Below, piece after piece: positions 44,442 through 58,165 of a stretch of DNA of 64,000 nt; position 1 is the first letter of the stretch; each line of letters starts with the position of its first letter. This DNA comes from Eledone cirrhosa (lineage: Eukaryota). The position numbers were made by a program, and so were the translations under genes. Below the pieces are notes generated by a model. That model was not told the DNA's origin. It was given only the letters and a program-made list of their open reading frames with translations, and searched no databases. The stretch is taken from assembly GCA_964016885.1 (NCBI GenBank), contig OZ024742.1:328724001-328788000 (forward strand). The letters run 5' to 3'.

Positions 44442-44450
<9 letters not shown>
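43594..44450 (-). mobile_element. Very short PLE copy (PLE-5 clade): end of endonuclease between ~300-bp inverted termini
   Basis: 43594-43892 is the inverse of 44150-44449. Minus 44140-44010 encodes GKLENIEIKIESTHRKDAMFRQITEAININELQPKLNKKHEWN, homologous to the PLE-5 C-terminus. Shared end ATGACCCTCCC..ATAACAATAT. Confidence 0.88.
44252..44292 (+). ncRNA. Minimal hammerhead; second copy at 43750-43790 (-)
   Basis: TCA-CTGAAGA-G-GTCACA TAATG TGTGAC-GAAA-GAAC-TT-TGA. Confidence 0.75.
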
Positions 44451-44520
<70 letters not shown>

Positions 44521-44760
44521 AATAGATACATAGGTAGATAGATGGCTACATATATACATAGGTTTGACAGTGTGGTTGTCTGTGTGCGTCTGCGTGTATG
44601 TTTAGCAATGAAAACAAAAGGCGAAATTTAGTGCTTAATTAGTTCATTGTTTTATTATCGATATAGTAAATAGTCGAAATTAGTTGCGTAACTAAAAATA
44701 TTTGTCTCGACGTTCGAAACTTTTCATACCATTGTTCAAATCACACACACACACACACAC

Positions 44761-46475
<1,715 letters not shown>

Positions 46476-46758
46476 AATAATAATAATATCAATACAAATA
46501 ATAATAATAATAATGTTTTCTTTATTAACCACAAGGGTTTACATAAAGTAGACATTAAGGACAGTACAGGACAATACAGGACGGTACAAATGGGCATTTC
46601 TGCGTGTAAAAAAAACAGAGGTTGAAATAAAATAACAAAGAAAAATTCCCTAATAGGGGGGAGACTTCCGAGGGACATTTGTGGAGAAAGCCCATTAAAA
46701 GACCACAGTGGCCCTGACCACCAGGGCAAGTGCCCTCTCCCAGTTTTCCACCTTTAAT

Positions 46759-49700
46759 TTACAGACACATACTCAGAGAAGGCCCATTCATTCGGGCCAT
46801 ACTTGCTTCTCTCACCCATCTTTCAACAAAATGCTGGGAAGAGAGCACTTCCCTCTCTACCCTGATTTTCCTTTTCAAATGAAACTTGAAAAAGTTAATC
46901 AGGGCATCACCGAAGAGGTAAGTGCTCGTCTTCAGCCCTTTCAAACGTGTCCACCATACTATCTCTTTCGCCATGGCCACCAGACAGATAAAAACTGCCT
47001 GCCCTTCACGGCTAAAGGAAGGCGGCGGGGCAATCCTCACGATGGACTCAGCTGATAGCTGGATCCGTCCTACACGTGACAGCAGGTGTTCGACATAAAC
47101 CCACAAGTCAGCAATGCTCGGACACTGGACGAGTGCGTGCAGGACGGTTTCGTCGCCCTGCGCGCATCTCGGACATGCCTGACTGACGGCACCTCCATGC
47201 CTGTAGAGTTTATCCCGAACTGGCAAAGCTCCTCGGTAGCACTGCCAGGCCAGGGATTTCTGGAAGTTGTCCATAGGGCCCGGCCCGAAAGTCCTTCCGA
47301 AGAGATTGGCTAGTTGATTTTCGTCGACGCCTAGAGTTTCCCCAAGTACGTCGTCGCTCTTCCCCTCCACTAAACCCCTATAGAACACCAAGGTGGAGTT
47401 TCCACCGATCACATTGCCCGATTGGTCGAGGGCTGTGAGCGCCTGAAGACATTCCAGTCTCCAAGCGCTCCCTCTCGGTCTTCGCTTGACCCAGGACTGC
47501 AGCTCCGTCAAGGAGACGAGCTGGGGAAACACGCGTCTAGCAAACGGCGACCACACCTGATCACCGTCGAGGAAGAGGTGGAGATGTCGTAGCCTGAGCG
47601 CGTGTCTGCGCATCATCAGCCACGGCATGCCCACCCCTCCACGTAGCGGGTGTTGACAGCAGATGGACCGCCTGACCATAGGAGCGCGTCCCTTCCACAA
47701 GAAGCGAAAGAGCAGACGCTCCAACGCAGTCAGGCGGGGCTTAGGACAAGGTACGACGGTCAGGCGGTAGTAGATGACGGATGCGATGTACGCATTCGCC
47801 ACCTCCGCTCGACCTTTCAGGGATAGCTTCCTCTCGGCCCATTTTTGGGTGAGAGAAGCCACCCTGCTCGTCACCTCGTCCCAGTTTTTGTCCGTCTGGA
47901 GGTCTGGACCGAACCAGACCCCTAGCAATTTAACCGGTCCGTCCGTCCAGCGCCCGACGACGCTGTTGGACGGCATGGACTTGCCTCTCCAGGTGCCGAG
48001 CTGCAGGCCCACTGACTTTTCCTGGTTGATCATTGCTCCTGTCACCGCTTCGTATTCTCTTAGTGTAGTGCCGATCGCCTCCATGTGTTTGGCGTTCGAC
48101 ACCACTACGGTGACATCGTCCGCATATGCTGACACGGGTCTTCCGCATCCTAGTTCGCGCGGGACCCCCCTCAACGTCTCCAGTTTGTGCAGTAATGGCT
48201 CGAGAGTCAATACGTACAATAGGGACGAGAGGGGACATCCTTGGCGGACCGAGCGCATGATGTTGAACGGTTCCGAAAGGTGACCGTTCACTCTCACTAC
48301 AGAGCAGATGTCGCTGTGCATGGCAGCGATCCAGCCACTGAAGACGGGCCCAAAGCCAGCCGCCCTCAGGACTGCCGCTAGGTAACGATGGTCGACCCTA
48401 TCGAAGGCTTTCGACTGATCTAAATTGATCAAAGACCCACCCGTGCCAGGTTCCCTAGCTACCCTCTCTACGATGTATCGCATGAGGTGGAGGTTGTCGT
48501 GGATGGATCTGTCGGGAATGGCGCATGTCTGTGCCTCTCCCACCAGACCACCAACGACAAGCGCCAACCTCTTTGCTAGCACCTTGGCCAAAATCTTGAA
48601 CTCTGTGTTTAGCAGAGTTATGGGCCTAAATTTATCTATGTTATCCTTCTTGTTTGGATCCTTTCTCAGCAGCGCCACCGCTCCTCGGCTCACAGAGCTG
48701 GGAATTCTCCCGTTCTGTTGCCAGTTGCAGTAGACGTCCGCCAAGAGGCCTCCGAACAAGTTTGGCATTTGTACGTAAAGTTCATAGGGCAGACCATCCA
48801 AACCAGGCGATTTACCCCTTGTGCAGCCAGTCATTGCCTCCCTTACTTCAGCGGCTGTTATCGGCTTTTCGCAACACTCCGCCTCAGTGGCCGAAAGCCG
48901 CGGCAGTCCGTCGAGGTAGACACTAAAGTCCATCCCTCGATCCGGCCCGCCACTGCCCCCGAACAGTTGAGCGAAGTGTCGCTGAAAAGCTTCACATATT
49001 TGCCCGGGATCGAGTAGCATGCGCCCGTCGTGGTCCACCAAAGACCGGATCGTGGCTTTGTTGCCACGATGCGCCTCCGCCACTCGGGCCCATTGAACGG
49101 CTTTCGTCCCCTCGTGTCTGAGAGCACGCACCCTAGCTCTGACAACGCAGCCTTCGTGCTTTGCATTGAAGAATTGGTCAAGGGCCAATTTCGCCGCAAG
49201 TACGTCGGTCGCGATGCCTTTGCTAAGCGCCTCATCTAATTTTCTAACTAATTCTCCCTCTGCTCTATTTTTCTCTATTGCTAAAGTCTTACTAAACCTA
49301 ATGGACTCTATTCTAATTGCTCTTTTCAGAGCAAACCACCACTTGTTGTTGACGATGGCCCCCGTCAACGCCCGCTTAACTAGTTCGCTAATACGGTCTC
49401 TGTAGGCCTTGCGCGCTGGTAAGGACGCGTTTAGCTTCCAGTAGCCGGGTCCTCGTCTATGAAGCCTATCTAATTCAAGTACACAGATCACGAATTTGTG
49501 TTCCGTGTAGCTGACTATCTTGAATTGTGGACAGCCTATGCTAGACCTATCTATTTCCCTACAAAATACTCTATCTAGATATGATCTGGATGACCCTATG
49601 CGATTTGTCCAAGTCCACATTGGTACATTCGGGAAATCCATTCGGTACCTGTCAGACAATTCAAAACGTCTGAGCAGGTTGGTGAGACTCTTGCACCCTC

Positions 49701-50178
49701 CTTCCCTATCCACTAATCCCACACAATCCCAGCGTGCATCTAAGATCCCGTTCCAGTCGCCCACTAACTCTAAAGAGCGGGACGTTCCAAGAAAGGTCTC
49801 CAGACGCCGGAAGAAATCAGGCCGCCCTGCTCCTGTCGGGGCATAGACGGCCACTAACCTGAAAGCTTGCCCGTCTCCGCTGGTCACGTCCAGCACCACC
49901 AACTTACCTTCTGGGTCCAGGAAGATGGCCCGTATGGCAAGATCCAAACCTCTCCGAAAAAGCACAGCAACTCCTCCCCCCGATCCCGGACGGCTGGGAG
50001 ATGCGTACACATCGTAGCCGCCGAAGATCGGTGCGAAAGCCCGTGCTTCGGAGATTCTGGTCTCGCTGATGGCCACTACATCTATGTTTAGTGACCTGAG
50101 GTCGTTGAGCAGGTGGCCCTGCTTCCATGACGACCCCAAGCCACGCGCATTTATGCTGCCTATTCTGAGTGAGGTCAT
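46759..50178 (-). CDS. LINE ORF2: apurinic-type endonuclease + reverse transcriptase + C-terminal Cys/His motif, 1139 aa, uninterrupted
   Basis: SINARGL, ISET, VGDWN, LDRVF, GYWKLN, KSPGLDGLP, FRPITLLN, DQSKAFDRV, RQGCPLS, AYADD, KLLGV, CPRC..ETVLHALVQC. Confidence 0.95.
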   Translation of the reverse strand: MTSLRIGSINARGLGSSWKQGHLLNDLRSLNIDVVAISETRISEARAFAPIFGGYDVYASPSRPGSGGGVAVLFRRGLDLAIRAIFLDPEGKLVVLDVTSGDGQAFRLVAVYAPTGAGRPDFFRRLETFLGTSRSLELVGDWNGILDARWDCVGLVDREGGCKSLTNLLRRFELSDRYRMDFPNVPMWTWTNRIGSSRSYLDRVFCREIDRSSIGCPQFKIVSYTEHKFVICVLELDRLHRRGPGYWKLNASLPARKAYRDRISELVKRALTGAIVNNKWWFALKRAIRIESIRFSKTLAIEKNRAEGELVRKLDEALSKGIATDVLAAKLALDQFFNAKHEGCVVRARVRALRHEGTKAVQWARVAEAHRGNKATIRSLVDHDGRMLLDPGQICEAFQRHFAQLFGGSGGPDRGMDFSVYLDGLPRLSATEAECCEKPITAAEVREAMTGCTRGKSPGLDGLPYELYVQMPNLFGGLLADVYCNWQQNGRIPSSVSRGAVALLRKDPNKKDNIDKFRPITLLNTEFKILAKVLAKRLALVVGGLVGEAQTCAIPDRSIHDNLHLMRYIVERVAREPGTGGSLINLDQSKAFDRVDHRYLAAVLRAAGFGPVFSGWIAAMHSDICSVVRVNGHLSEPFNIMRSVRQGCPLSSLLYVLTLEPLLHKLETLRGVPRELGCGRPVSAYADDVTVVVSNAKHMEAIGTTLREYEAVTGAMINQEKSVGLQLGTWRGKSMPSNSVVGRWTDGPVKLLGVWFGPDLQTDKNWDEVTSRVASLTQKWAERKLSLKGRAEVANAYIASVIYYRLTVVPCPKPRLTALERLLFRFLWKGRAPMVRRSICCQHPLRGGVGMPWLMMRRHALRLRHLHLFLDGDQVWSPFARRVFPQLVSLTELQSWVKRRPRGSAWRLECLQALTALDQSGNVIGGNSTLVFYRGLVEGKSDDVLGETLGVDENQLANLFGRTFGPGPMDNFQKSLAWQCYRGALPVRDKLYRHGGAVSQACPRCAQGDETVLHALVQCPSIADLWVYVEHLLSRVGRIQLSAESIVRIAPPPSFSREGQAVFICLVAMAKEIVWWTRLKGLKTSTYLFGDALINFFKFHLKRKIRVEREVLSSQHFVERWVREASMARMNGPSLSMCL

Positions 50179-50212
50179 GTTGAAAAGGAATGGAAAAGAT
50201 GGGAAAGACCAC

Positions 50213-52180
50213 TTACCTTACTTCTCGTAGGGGAAGGACGGCTTTTCCATCCTTTTCACTGCTTGTGGACTCCTCAGGAAGGATGTCCTTATAAATCCTC
50301 CTCGAGAGTGCTTGGCGGAAGTCTCCGATGTCTTTGGGGAATTTTTGTTTTAGTGTCATGTACGTTTTCTGTGTGATGCGAGTGATTTGTATGTGTGGAG
50401 GTGGTGTGAATTTTGGGGTTGTTGTGTAGTCTTTTTCTGTGATGCTGGTGTTGTGTTGGATGTAGTGTAATAATTGCTTGTTGTTCAAATTTAATGCTGT
50501 GTAGTGTGTATCGTTTTGGTTGTTTTGTTTTGTTTGCGTTTGTTGTGGGTTTGTTTCTGTTTCGCATTTTGATGACTTTTGTGGTGTAGGTGATGGTGGT
50601 GTTGGGGTTAATGATGGTGATGGTGTTGGTGTTTGGGTTGATGGGGTTGGTGATGCTGGTGTGGATGGTGGCATATCTGTCCTAACTTTTTTGTTTCTTA
50701 ATTTATTTGTTTCCCTCTGTATTTTGTTATTGGAGGGGGAAGGAAGGGAATTTTTTCTTTTTTGGTTTCTTTTTTTTCCCGGATATCGTTTCCCACTCCT
50801 CGTCGTCACAGTCTGTCTCCAGTTGTGATAGGCCGGGGAGTGGAAAATCTTCCACAGCCGTTAGTTTTGGTTGTGGTGTGGTGGATGGTGTAGGCGCTGG
50901 TGCTAGTTCTGAAGCGTTGGGTGGTGGTGGTGTTGGTTTTGCTACTGTTGCTGGGGTTGTTGCTGTTATAGTTGCTTCTGTTGTTGCTGCTACAGTTGTT
51001 GCTGCCATCTCTGCTACTGGTGGTGTTGATGGTTGTGTCACTGGGGTGGGTAGGAGAGGTGGCCTCAACCTTTTAGCCTGAGGGCAGAAAGCCCTTAGGT
51101 GGGTTCCTTCACCACAAACGACACACCTAGGTCTTCTGCCCTCGACAATTACCGTGAGGTGGCTGCCGTCAGTGAGGTCTATTACCTCTGGGATCTCCTC
51201 AATGCTTTTTTGGTCTGCTTGGATTAGGAGCTCCATCCCAGATCCGGACCAGTTTTCCTGCTTTTCTTTTGCTATTGCTATTATTTTCGTGTTGGCTTCG
51301 ATACCGGCGAGGACAGCCGCTATTAGCCAGGGAATTTCGATGGCCGGTGGAACGTGGGTCACCCTGATGTTTACGAGTCTCTGGCCACAATAGCTTGGGA
51401 CGAGTGTGAAGTCGTCACTTTTTAATGGGGCCATGGAGTGTTCTCTAGCCTCCTCTGGTGTTTCAAAGAGCACGTCCACAGTTCCATACTTTTGCCCACG
51501 TCTGATGTGGGTTTTTCTTGCCCACACATGTCCCAAAGCTTTTTGGATTTGGGACTCGGATGCCCGTTCCACTCGGCGCGATTTTACATTTATTGTTCTA
51601 TACGACACGGTGCATAGGCGCCGATGCTCCATTTTATTAGGTGGGGGGGGGGTGAGGCTGACCCTGTACCCATCTTTCTTTACCATTTGTTTGGCATTTT
51701 CTAAATCCTCTTGAGTTACCGTGAATGCTTCGAATTGTTTTGCTACTGTGGCGAAACTGAGGGTCGGTTTTATAATGTCATTGTTGTTGTTGTTGCTATC
51801 GTTATTTGTGTTAATATTAATTTTAGTTTCAGTTGTGGTGGTGGTGACGTCAGTCGTCTTTGGTGCGGAAGAGTCCATTTTGCTTGATTTCATTTCGACA
51901 TCACGAGTTAATTTATTTTTTTCTTCTTTTGTTTCTGTTGTCGCGGTGGTGGTGTGGGTGGTGGTTGTCGCGGTGGTGGTGGTGGTGGAGGCTTTAACAC
52001 CTGCAGTCATTGGTAATGGCGGGAAATGCATGTCTGCCTGAGACAAATTTAAAATATTGCTACTGCTTATATTTTTTTTGTGTTGGCAAACGTAGTAACA
52101 TTTACAATGGTGGTGTCGGTGTGAGGTGTTATTTTGTGAGGAAGGTTTTCAGCTGCTTCGTGCAAAGGGGAATTAGCCAT
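50213..52180 (-). CDS. LINE ORF1 (RNA-binding, CCHC knuckle), split into three frames at A-runs
   Basis: Main frame 50727-52046 has CVVCGEGTHLRAFC and EEWETISGKKKK. N-terminal MANSPL.. (ATG 52180) is contiguous in the sister copies (MADSQL..LNLSQAD). 50213-50809 is the probable C-terminal continuation. Confidence 0.75.
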
Positions 52181-52387
52181 TTTTTTCAAAGAAATTTTTG
52201 GATAATAATAAAAGTTAAAATTTTGGGCACAAGGCCCCAATCTTTTTGGGTGTCCTTTTCGGAAAACAATGTGTGTGTGCTTATAAACAGTTAACAATAA
52301 AATTTTCCATAAATGGCAATTTTTAACAAACGGAAATAACAAACCTTTGCGGAGCTCACGATGATACGATTTACTACGTAGGTCGCC

Positions 52388-52426
<39 letters not shown>

Positions 52427-52428
<2 letters not shown>

Positions 52429-55400
52429 TTTCTTTATTAACCACAAGGATTTACATAAAGTAGACATTAAGGTCAGTACAGGACAATATAGGGCGGTACA
52501 AATGGGTATTTCTGCGTGTAAAAAAAAACAAGAAACAGAGGATGTAATAATAGAAAAATGAAAAAATTCCCCCAAGTGGGGAGACTTCCGAGGGGCATTG
52601 GTGGAGAAAGCCCATTAAAAAGCCACAGTGACACTGACCACCAGGGTAAATGCCCTCTCCCAGTTTTACACCTTTAATTTACAGACACATACTCAGAGTA
52701 GGCCCATTCACTCGGGCCATTCTTGCCTCTCTCACCCATCTTTCAACAAAATGCTGGGAAGAGAGCACTTCCCTTTCTACCCTGATTTTCCTTTTCAAAT
52801 GAAATTTGAAAAAGTTAATCAGGGCATCACCGAAGAGGTAAGTGCTCGTCTTCAGCCCTTTCAAACGTGTCCACCTTACTATCACTTTCGCCATGGCCAC
52901 CAGACAGATTAAAACTGCCTGCCCTTCCCGGCTAAAGGAAGATGGCGGGGCAATCCTCACGATGGACTCAGCTAATAGCTGGATCCGTCCCACACGCGAC
53001 AGCAGGTGTTCGACATAAACCCACAAGTCAGCAATGCTCGGACATTGGACGAGTGCGTGCAGGACGGTTTCATCTCTCTGCGCGCATCTCGGACATGCCC
53101 GGGTAACGGCACCTCCATGCCTGTAGAGTTTATCCCGAACTGGCAAAGCTCCTCGGTAGCACTGCCAGGCCAGGGATTTCTGGAAATTATCCATAGGCCC
53201 CGGCCCAAAAGTTCTTCCGAAGAGATTGGCTAGTTGATTTTCGTCGACGCCTAGATTTTCCCCAAGTACGTCGTCGCTCTTCCCCTCCACTAATCCTCTA
53301 TAGAACGCCAAGGTGGAGTTTCCACCGATCACGTTGCCCGATTGGTCAGAGGGCTAGGAGCACCTGAAGACATTCCAGTCTCCAAGCGCTCCCTCTCGGT
53401 CTTCGCTTGACACAAAACTGCAGCTCCGTCAAGGAGACGAGATGGGGAAAGTCGTGTCTAGCAAACGGAGTTAACACCTGAACACCGTCGAGGAAGAGGT
53501 GGAGATGTCGTAGCCTGAGCGCGTGTCTGCGCATCATCAGCCACGGCATTCCCAGCCTTCCACGTAGCGGGTGTTGACAGCAGATGGACCGCCTGAACAT
53601 CGGAGCGCGTCCCTTCCATCAAAAGCGAAAGAGCAAACGCTCCAGTGCAGTCAGGCGAGGCTTCGGACAAGGTCCGACGGTCAGACGGTAGTAGATGACA
53701 GACGCGATATACGCATTAGCCACCTCCGCTCGACCTTTCAGGGATAGCTCCCTCTCGGCCCATTTCTGGGTGAGAGAAGCCACCCTGCTCGTCACCTCGT
53801 CCCAGTTTTTGTCCGTCTGGAGATCCGGACCGAACCAGACCCCTAGCAATTTAACCGGTCCGTCCGTCCAGCGCCCGACGACGCTGTTGGACGGCATGGA
53901 CCTGCCTCTCCAGGTGCCGAGCTGCAGGCCCACTGACTTTTCCTGGTTGATCATTGCTCCTGTCACCGCTTCGTATTCTCTTAGTGTAGTGCCGATCGCC
54001 TCCATGTGTTTGGCGTTCGACACCACTACGGTGACATCGTCCGCATATGCTGACATGGATCTTCTGCATCCTAGTTCGCGCAGGACCCCCATCAACGTCT
54101 CCAGTTTGTGCAGTAATGGCTCGAGAGTCAATACGTACAAGAGGGACGAGAGGGGACATCCTTGGCGGACCGAGCGCATGATGTTGAACGGTTCCAAAAG
54201 ATGACTGTTCACTCTCACCACAGAGCAGATGTCGCTGTGCATGGCAGTGATCCAGCCTCTAAAAGACGAGCCCAGAGCCAGCCGCCCTCAGGACTGCCGC
54301 TAGGTAACGATGGTCGACCCTATTGAAAGCTTTCGACTGATCTAAATTGATCAAGGGCCCACCCGTGCCAGGTTCCCTAGCTACCCTCTCTACGATGTAT
54401 CGCATGAGGTGGAGGTTGTCGTGGATGGATATGTCGGGAATGGCGCATGTCTGCGCCTCTCCCACCAGACCACCAACGACAAGCACCAACCTCTTTGCTA
54501 GCACCATGTCCAACATCTTGAACTCTGTGTTTAGCAGAGTTATGTGCCTAAATTTATCTATGTTATCCTTCTTGTTCGGATCCTTTCTCAGCAGCTCCAC
54601 AGCTCCACAGCTCCACAGCTCCTCGGCACACAGAGCTTCGGAATTCTCCCGTTCTGTTGCCAGTTGCAGTAGACGTTCGCCAAGAGGCCTCCGAATAATC
54701 TGGCATCTGTACGTAAAGTTCATAGGGCAGACCATCCAAACCAGGCGATTTACCCCTTGTGCAGCTAGTCATTGCCTCCCGTACTTCAGCGGCTGTTATC
54801 GGCTTTTCGCAACACTCCGCCTCAGCGGCCGAGAGCCGCGGCAGTCCGTCGAGGTACACATTAAAGTCCATCCCTCGATCCGGCCCGCCACTGCCGCCGA
54901 ACAACTGAGCGAAGTGTCGCTGAAAAGCTGTACACATTTGCCCGGGATCGAGGAAGGCTCTCAGCTACTGGGTTCAGCTGTGAGTCGGCCATGATATTTC
55001 AAAGAATTTTTTTTTGTTTGATAATTATACAATTTAAATTTTGAGCTTACGGCCCCAATCTTTTTGAGTGTCCTTTTCAGAAAACAATGTATGTGCACTA
55101 TACATTTAACAATAAATATGGTTGAGTCACTGAGGTGGGTTAGAGAGGTGGCCTCAAACTTTTAGCCTGAGGGCAGAAAGCCCTTAGGTGGGTTCCATCA
55201 CCACAAACGACAAACCTAGGCCTTCTGCCCTCGACGATTACGGTGAGGTGGCTGCCGTCAGAGAGGTCTATTACCTCTGGGATCTCCTCAATGCTTTGTT
55301 GGTCCGCTTGGATCAGGAGCTCAATCCCAGATCCGGACTAGTTCTCCTTCTTTTCTTTCACTATTTCGATTATCTTGGTGTTGGCTTCGATGCCGGCGAG

Positions 55401-57715
55401 GACGGCAGCCATTAGCCAGGGAATTTCGATGGCCGGTGGAACGTGGGTCACTCTGAACTTCACGATTCTCTGTCCACAATAGCTTGGGACGAGTGTGAAG
55501 TCGTCACTTCTTAATGGGGCCATGGAGTGTTCTCTGGCCTCCTGTGGTGTTTCAAAGAACACGTCCACGGTTCCATATTTCTGCCCACACTGATGTGGGT
55601 TTTTTTTGCCCACACATGTCCCAAAGCTTTTTGGATTTGGGACTCGGATGCCCGTTCCACTCGGCGCGATTTTATGTTAATCGTCCGATAAGACACGGTG
55701 CATAGGCGCCGATGCTCCATTTTATTAGGTGTGTGTGTGTGGGGGGGGGGGGGCTGACCCTGTACCCATCATTCTTTACCATTTTTTTGGCTTCTAATTC
55801 CTCCTGAGCTACCTGGAATGCTTCGCACGTTTTTGCTACTCTGGCAAAAGACAGGATTTTCTTATTCTCATTGTTGCTGTTGTTGTTGTTAGCGTTATTT
55901 TTGTTATTGTTCATTTTAGTTTCAGTTGTGGTGGTGGTGGCGTCAGTGGTGTTCGGTGTGGAAGAGTTAATTTTGGCTGAATTCGTTTCGATATCACGAG
56001 ATAATTTATTTTTTTCTTTTGTTTCTGTTGTCGCTGTGGTGGGGGTGGGGGTGGCGTCTTGAACACTAGCAGTCATTGGTAATGGCGGGAAATGAATGTC
56101 TGCCTGTGACAAATTTAAAATATTGCTACTGCTTTTATTTTTAGTGTTGGCAAACGTAGTAATATTTACAATGGTGGTGTCGGTGTGAGGTGTTAGTTTG
56201 TGAGGAAGGCTCTCAGCTACTGGGTTCAGCTGTGAGTCGGCCATGATATTTCAAAGAATTTTTTTTTGTTTGATAATTATACAATTTAAATTTTGAGCTT
56301 ACGGCCCCAATCTTTTTGAGTGTCCTTTTCAGAAAACAATGTATGTGCACTTACTTATATACAGTTAACAATAAATATGGTTGAGTCACTGGGGTGGGTT
56401 AGAGAGGTGGCCTCAAACTTTTAGCCTGAGGGCAGAAAGCCCTTAGGTGGGTTCCATCACCACAAACGACAAACCTAGGCTTTCTGCCCTCGACGATTAC
56501 GGTGAGGTGGCTGCCGTCAGAGAGGTCTATTACCTCTGGGATCTCCTCAATGCTTTGTTGGTCCGCTTGGATCAGGAGCTCAATCCCAGATCCGGACTAG
56601 TTCTCCTTCTTTTCTTTCGCTATTTCGATTATCTTGGTGTTGGCTTCGATGCCGGCGAGGACGGCAGCCATTAGCCAGGGAATTTCGATGGCCGGTGGAA
56701 CGTGGGTCACTCTGAACTTCACAATTCTCTGTCCACAATAGCTTGGGACGAGTGTGAAGTTGTCACTTCTTAATGGGGCCATGGAGTGTTCTCTGGCCTC
56801 CTGTGGTGTTTCAAAGAACACGTCCACGGTTCCATATTTCTGCCCACACTGATGTGGGTTTTTTTTGCCCACACATGTCCCAAAGCTTTTTGGATTTGGG
56901 ACTCGGATGCCCGTTCCACTCGGCGCGATTTTATGTTAATCGCCCGATAAGACACGGCGCATAGGCGCCGATGCTCCATTTTATTAGGTGTGTGTGTGGG
57001 GGGGGGCTGACCCTGTACCCATCATTCTTTACCATTTTTTTGGCTTCTAATTCCTCCTGAGCTACCTGGAATGCTTCGCACGTTTTTGCTACTCTGGCAA
57101 AAGACAGGATTTTCTTATTCTCATTGTTGCTGTTGTTGTTGTTAGCGTTATTTTTGTTATTGTTCATTTTAGTTTCAGTTGTGGTGGTGGTGGCGTCAGT
57201 GGTGTTCGGTGTGGAAGAGTTAATTTTGGCTGAATTCGTTTCGATATCACGAGATAATTTATTTTTTTCTTTTGTTTCTGTTGTCGCTGTGGTGGGGGTG
57301 GGGGTGGCGTCTTGAACACTAGCAGTCATTGGTAATGGCGGGAAATGAATGTCTGCCTGTGACAAATTTAAAATATTGCTACTGCTTTTATTTTTAGTGT
57401 TGGCAAACATAGTAATATTTACAATGGTGGTGTCGGTGTGAGGTGTTAGTTTGTGAGGAAGGCTCTCAGCTACTGGGTTCAGCTGTGAGTCGGCCATGAT
57501 ATTTCAAAGAATTTTTTTTTGTTTGATAATTATACAATTTAAATTTTGAGCTTACGGCCCCAATCTTTTTGAGTGTCCTTTTCAGAAAACAATGTATGTG
57601 CACTTACTTATATACAGTTAACAATAAATATTTTTCATAAATTGCAATTTTAAACAACTGAAAATAACAAACCTTTGCGGAGCTCACGATAATACGATTT
57701 ACTACGTAGGTCGCC
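52427..57715 (-). mobile_element. Rearranged second Tx1 copy: 5' end, tandemly reiterated ORF1 5' portion, and 3' half of ORF2
   Basis: Same 5' and 3' termini as copy 1. Frameshifted ORF2 pieces at 52679-54950. 1259-bp repeats with junctions at ~55118 and ~56377. ORF1-to-ORF2 deletion junction at ~54951. Confidence 0.92.
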
Positions 57716-57748
<33 letters not shown>

Positions 57749-57750
<2 letters not shown>

Positions 57751-57960
57751 TTTCTAGTTTAGGCACAAGGCCAGTTATTTGGGGGGAGGCAAAAGTCGAT
57801 TAAATCGACCTCAGTGCGTTACTGGTACTTGATTTTATCGCCCCGTATGGATGAAAGGCAAATATAACCTCTGCGGGATTTTAACTCAGATCTTAAAGGG
57901 TCTCAACTCTATGGTGCAAAGCATGGCGTTCGACCCTCTACTGATACTGCGAATCTTCCC
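57749..57960 (-). mobile_element. SINE family A whose (ATT)n tail abuts the Tx1 5' end
   Basis: AGGCACAAGGCCAG..GGTACTTGATTTTATCGCCCCGTATGGATGAAAGGCAAA. Confidence 0.8.
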
Positions 57961-58074
57961 TTCTAAAAATAAGTTTACTTCCTTGTTCGATAGAGTTCTA
58001 GATATAGTTTATACTGAAGGTTTAATTTTATATATACATTTACGCAGTCTCGGTTCCCTCTGTAGAATAAATAA

Positions 58075-58165
<91 letters not shown>

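Larger units (their letters stand above)
46515..52387 (-). mobile_element. Full-length Tx1/L1-clade LINE (copy 1)
   Basis: 5' end GGCGACCTACGTAG directly after (ATT)13. ORF1, ORF2, and 3' UTR ending AATAAAGAAAAC(ATT)n. Confidence 0.93.

Noticed and set aside
47086-51714. Plus-strand ORFs opposite the Tx1 ORFs
   Set aside because: Antisense shadows of a GC-richer coding sequence.
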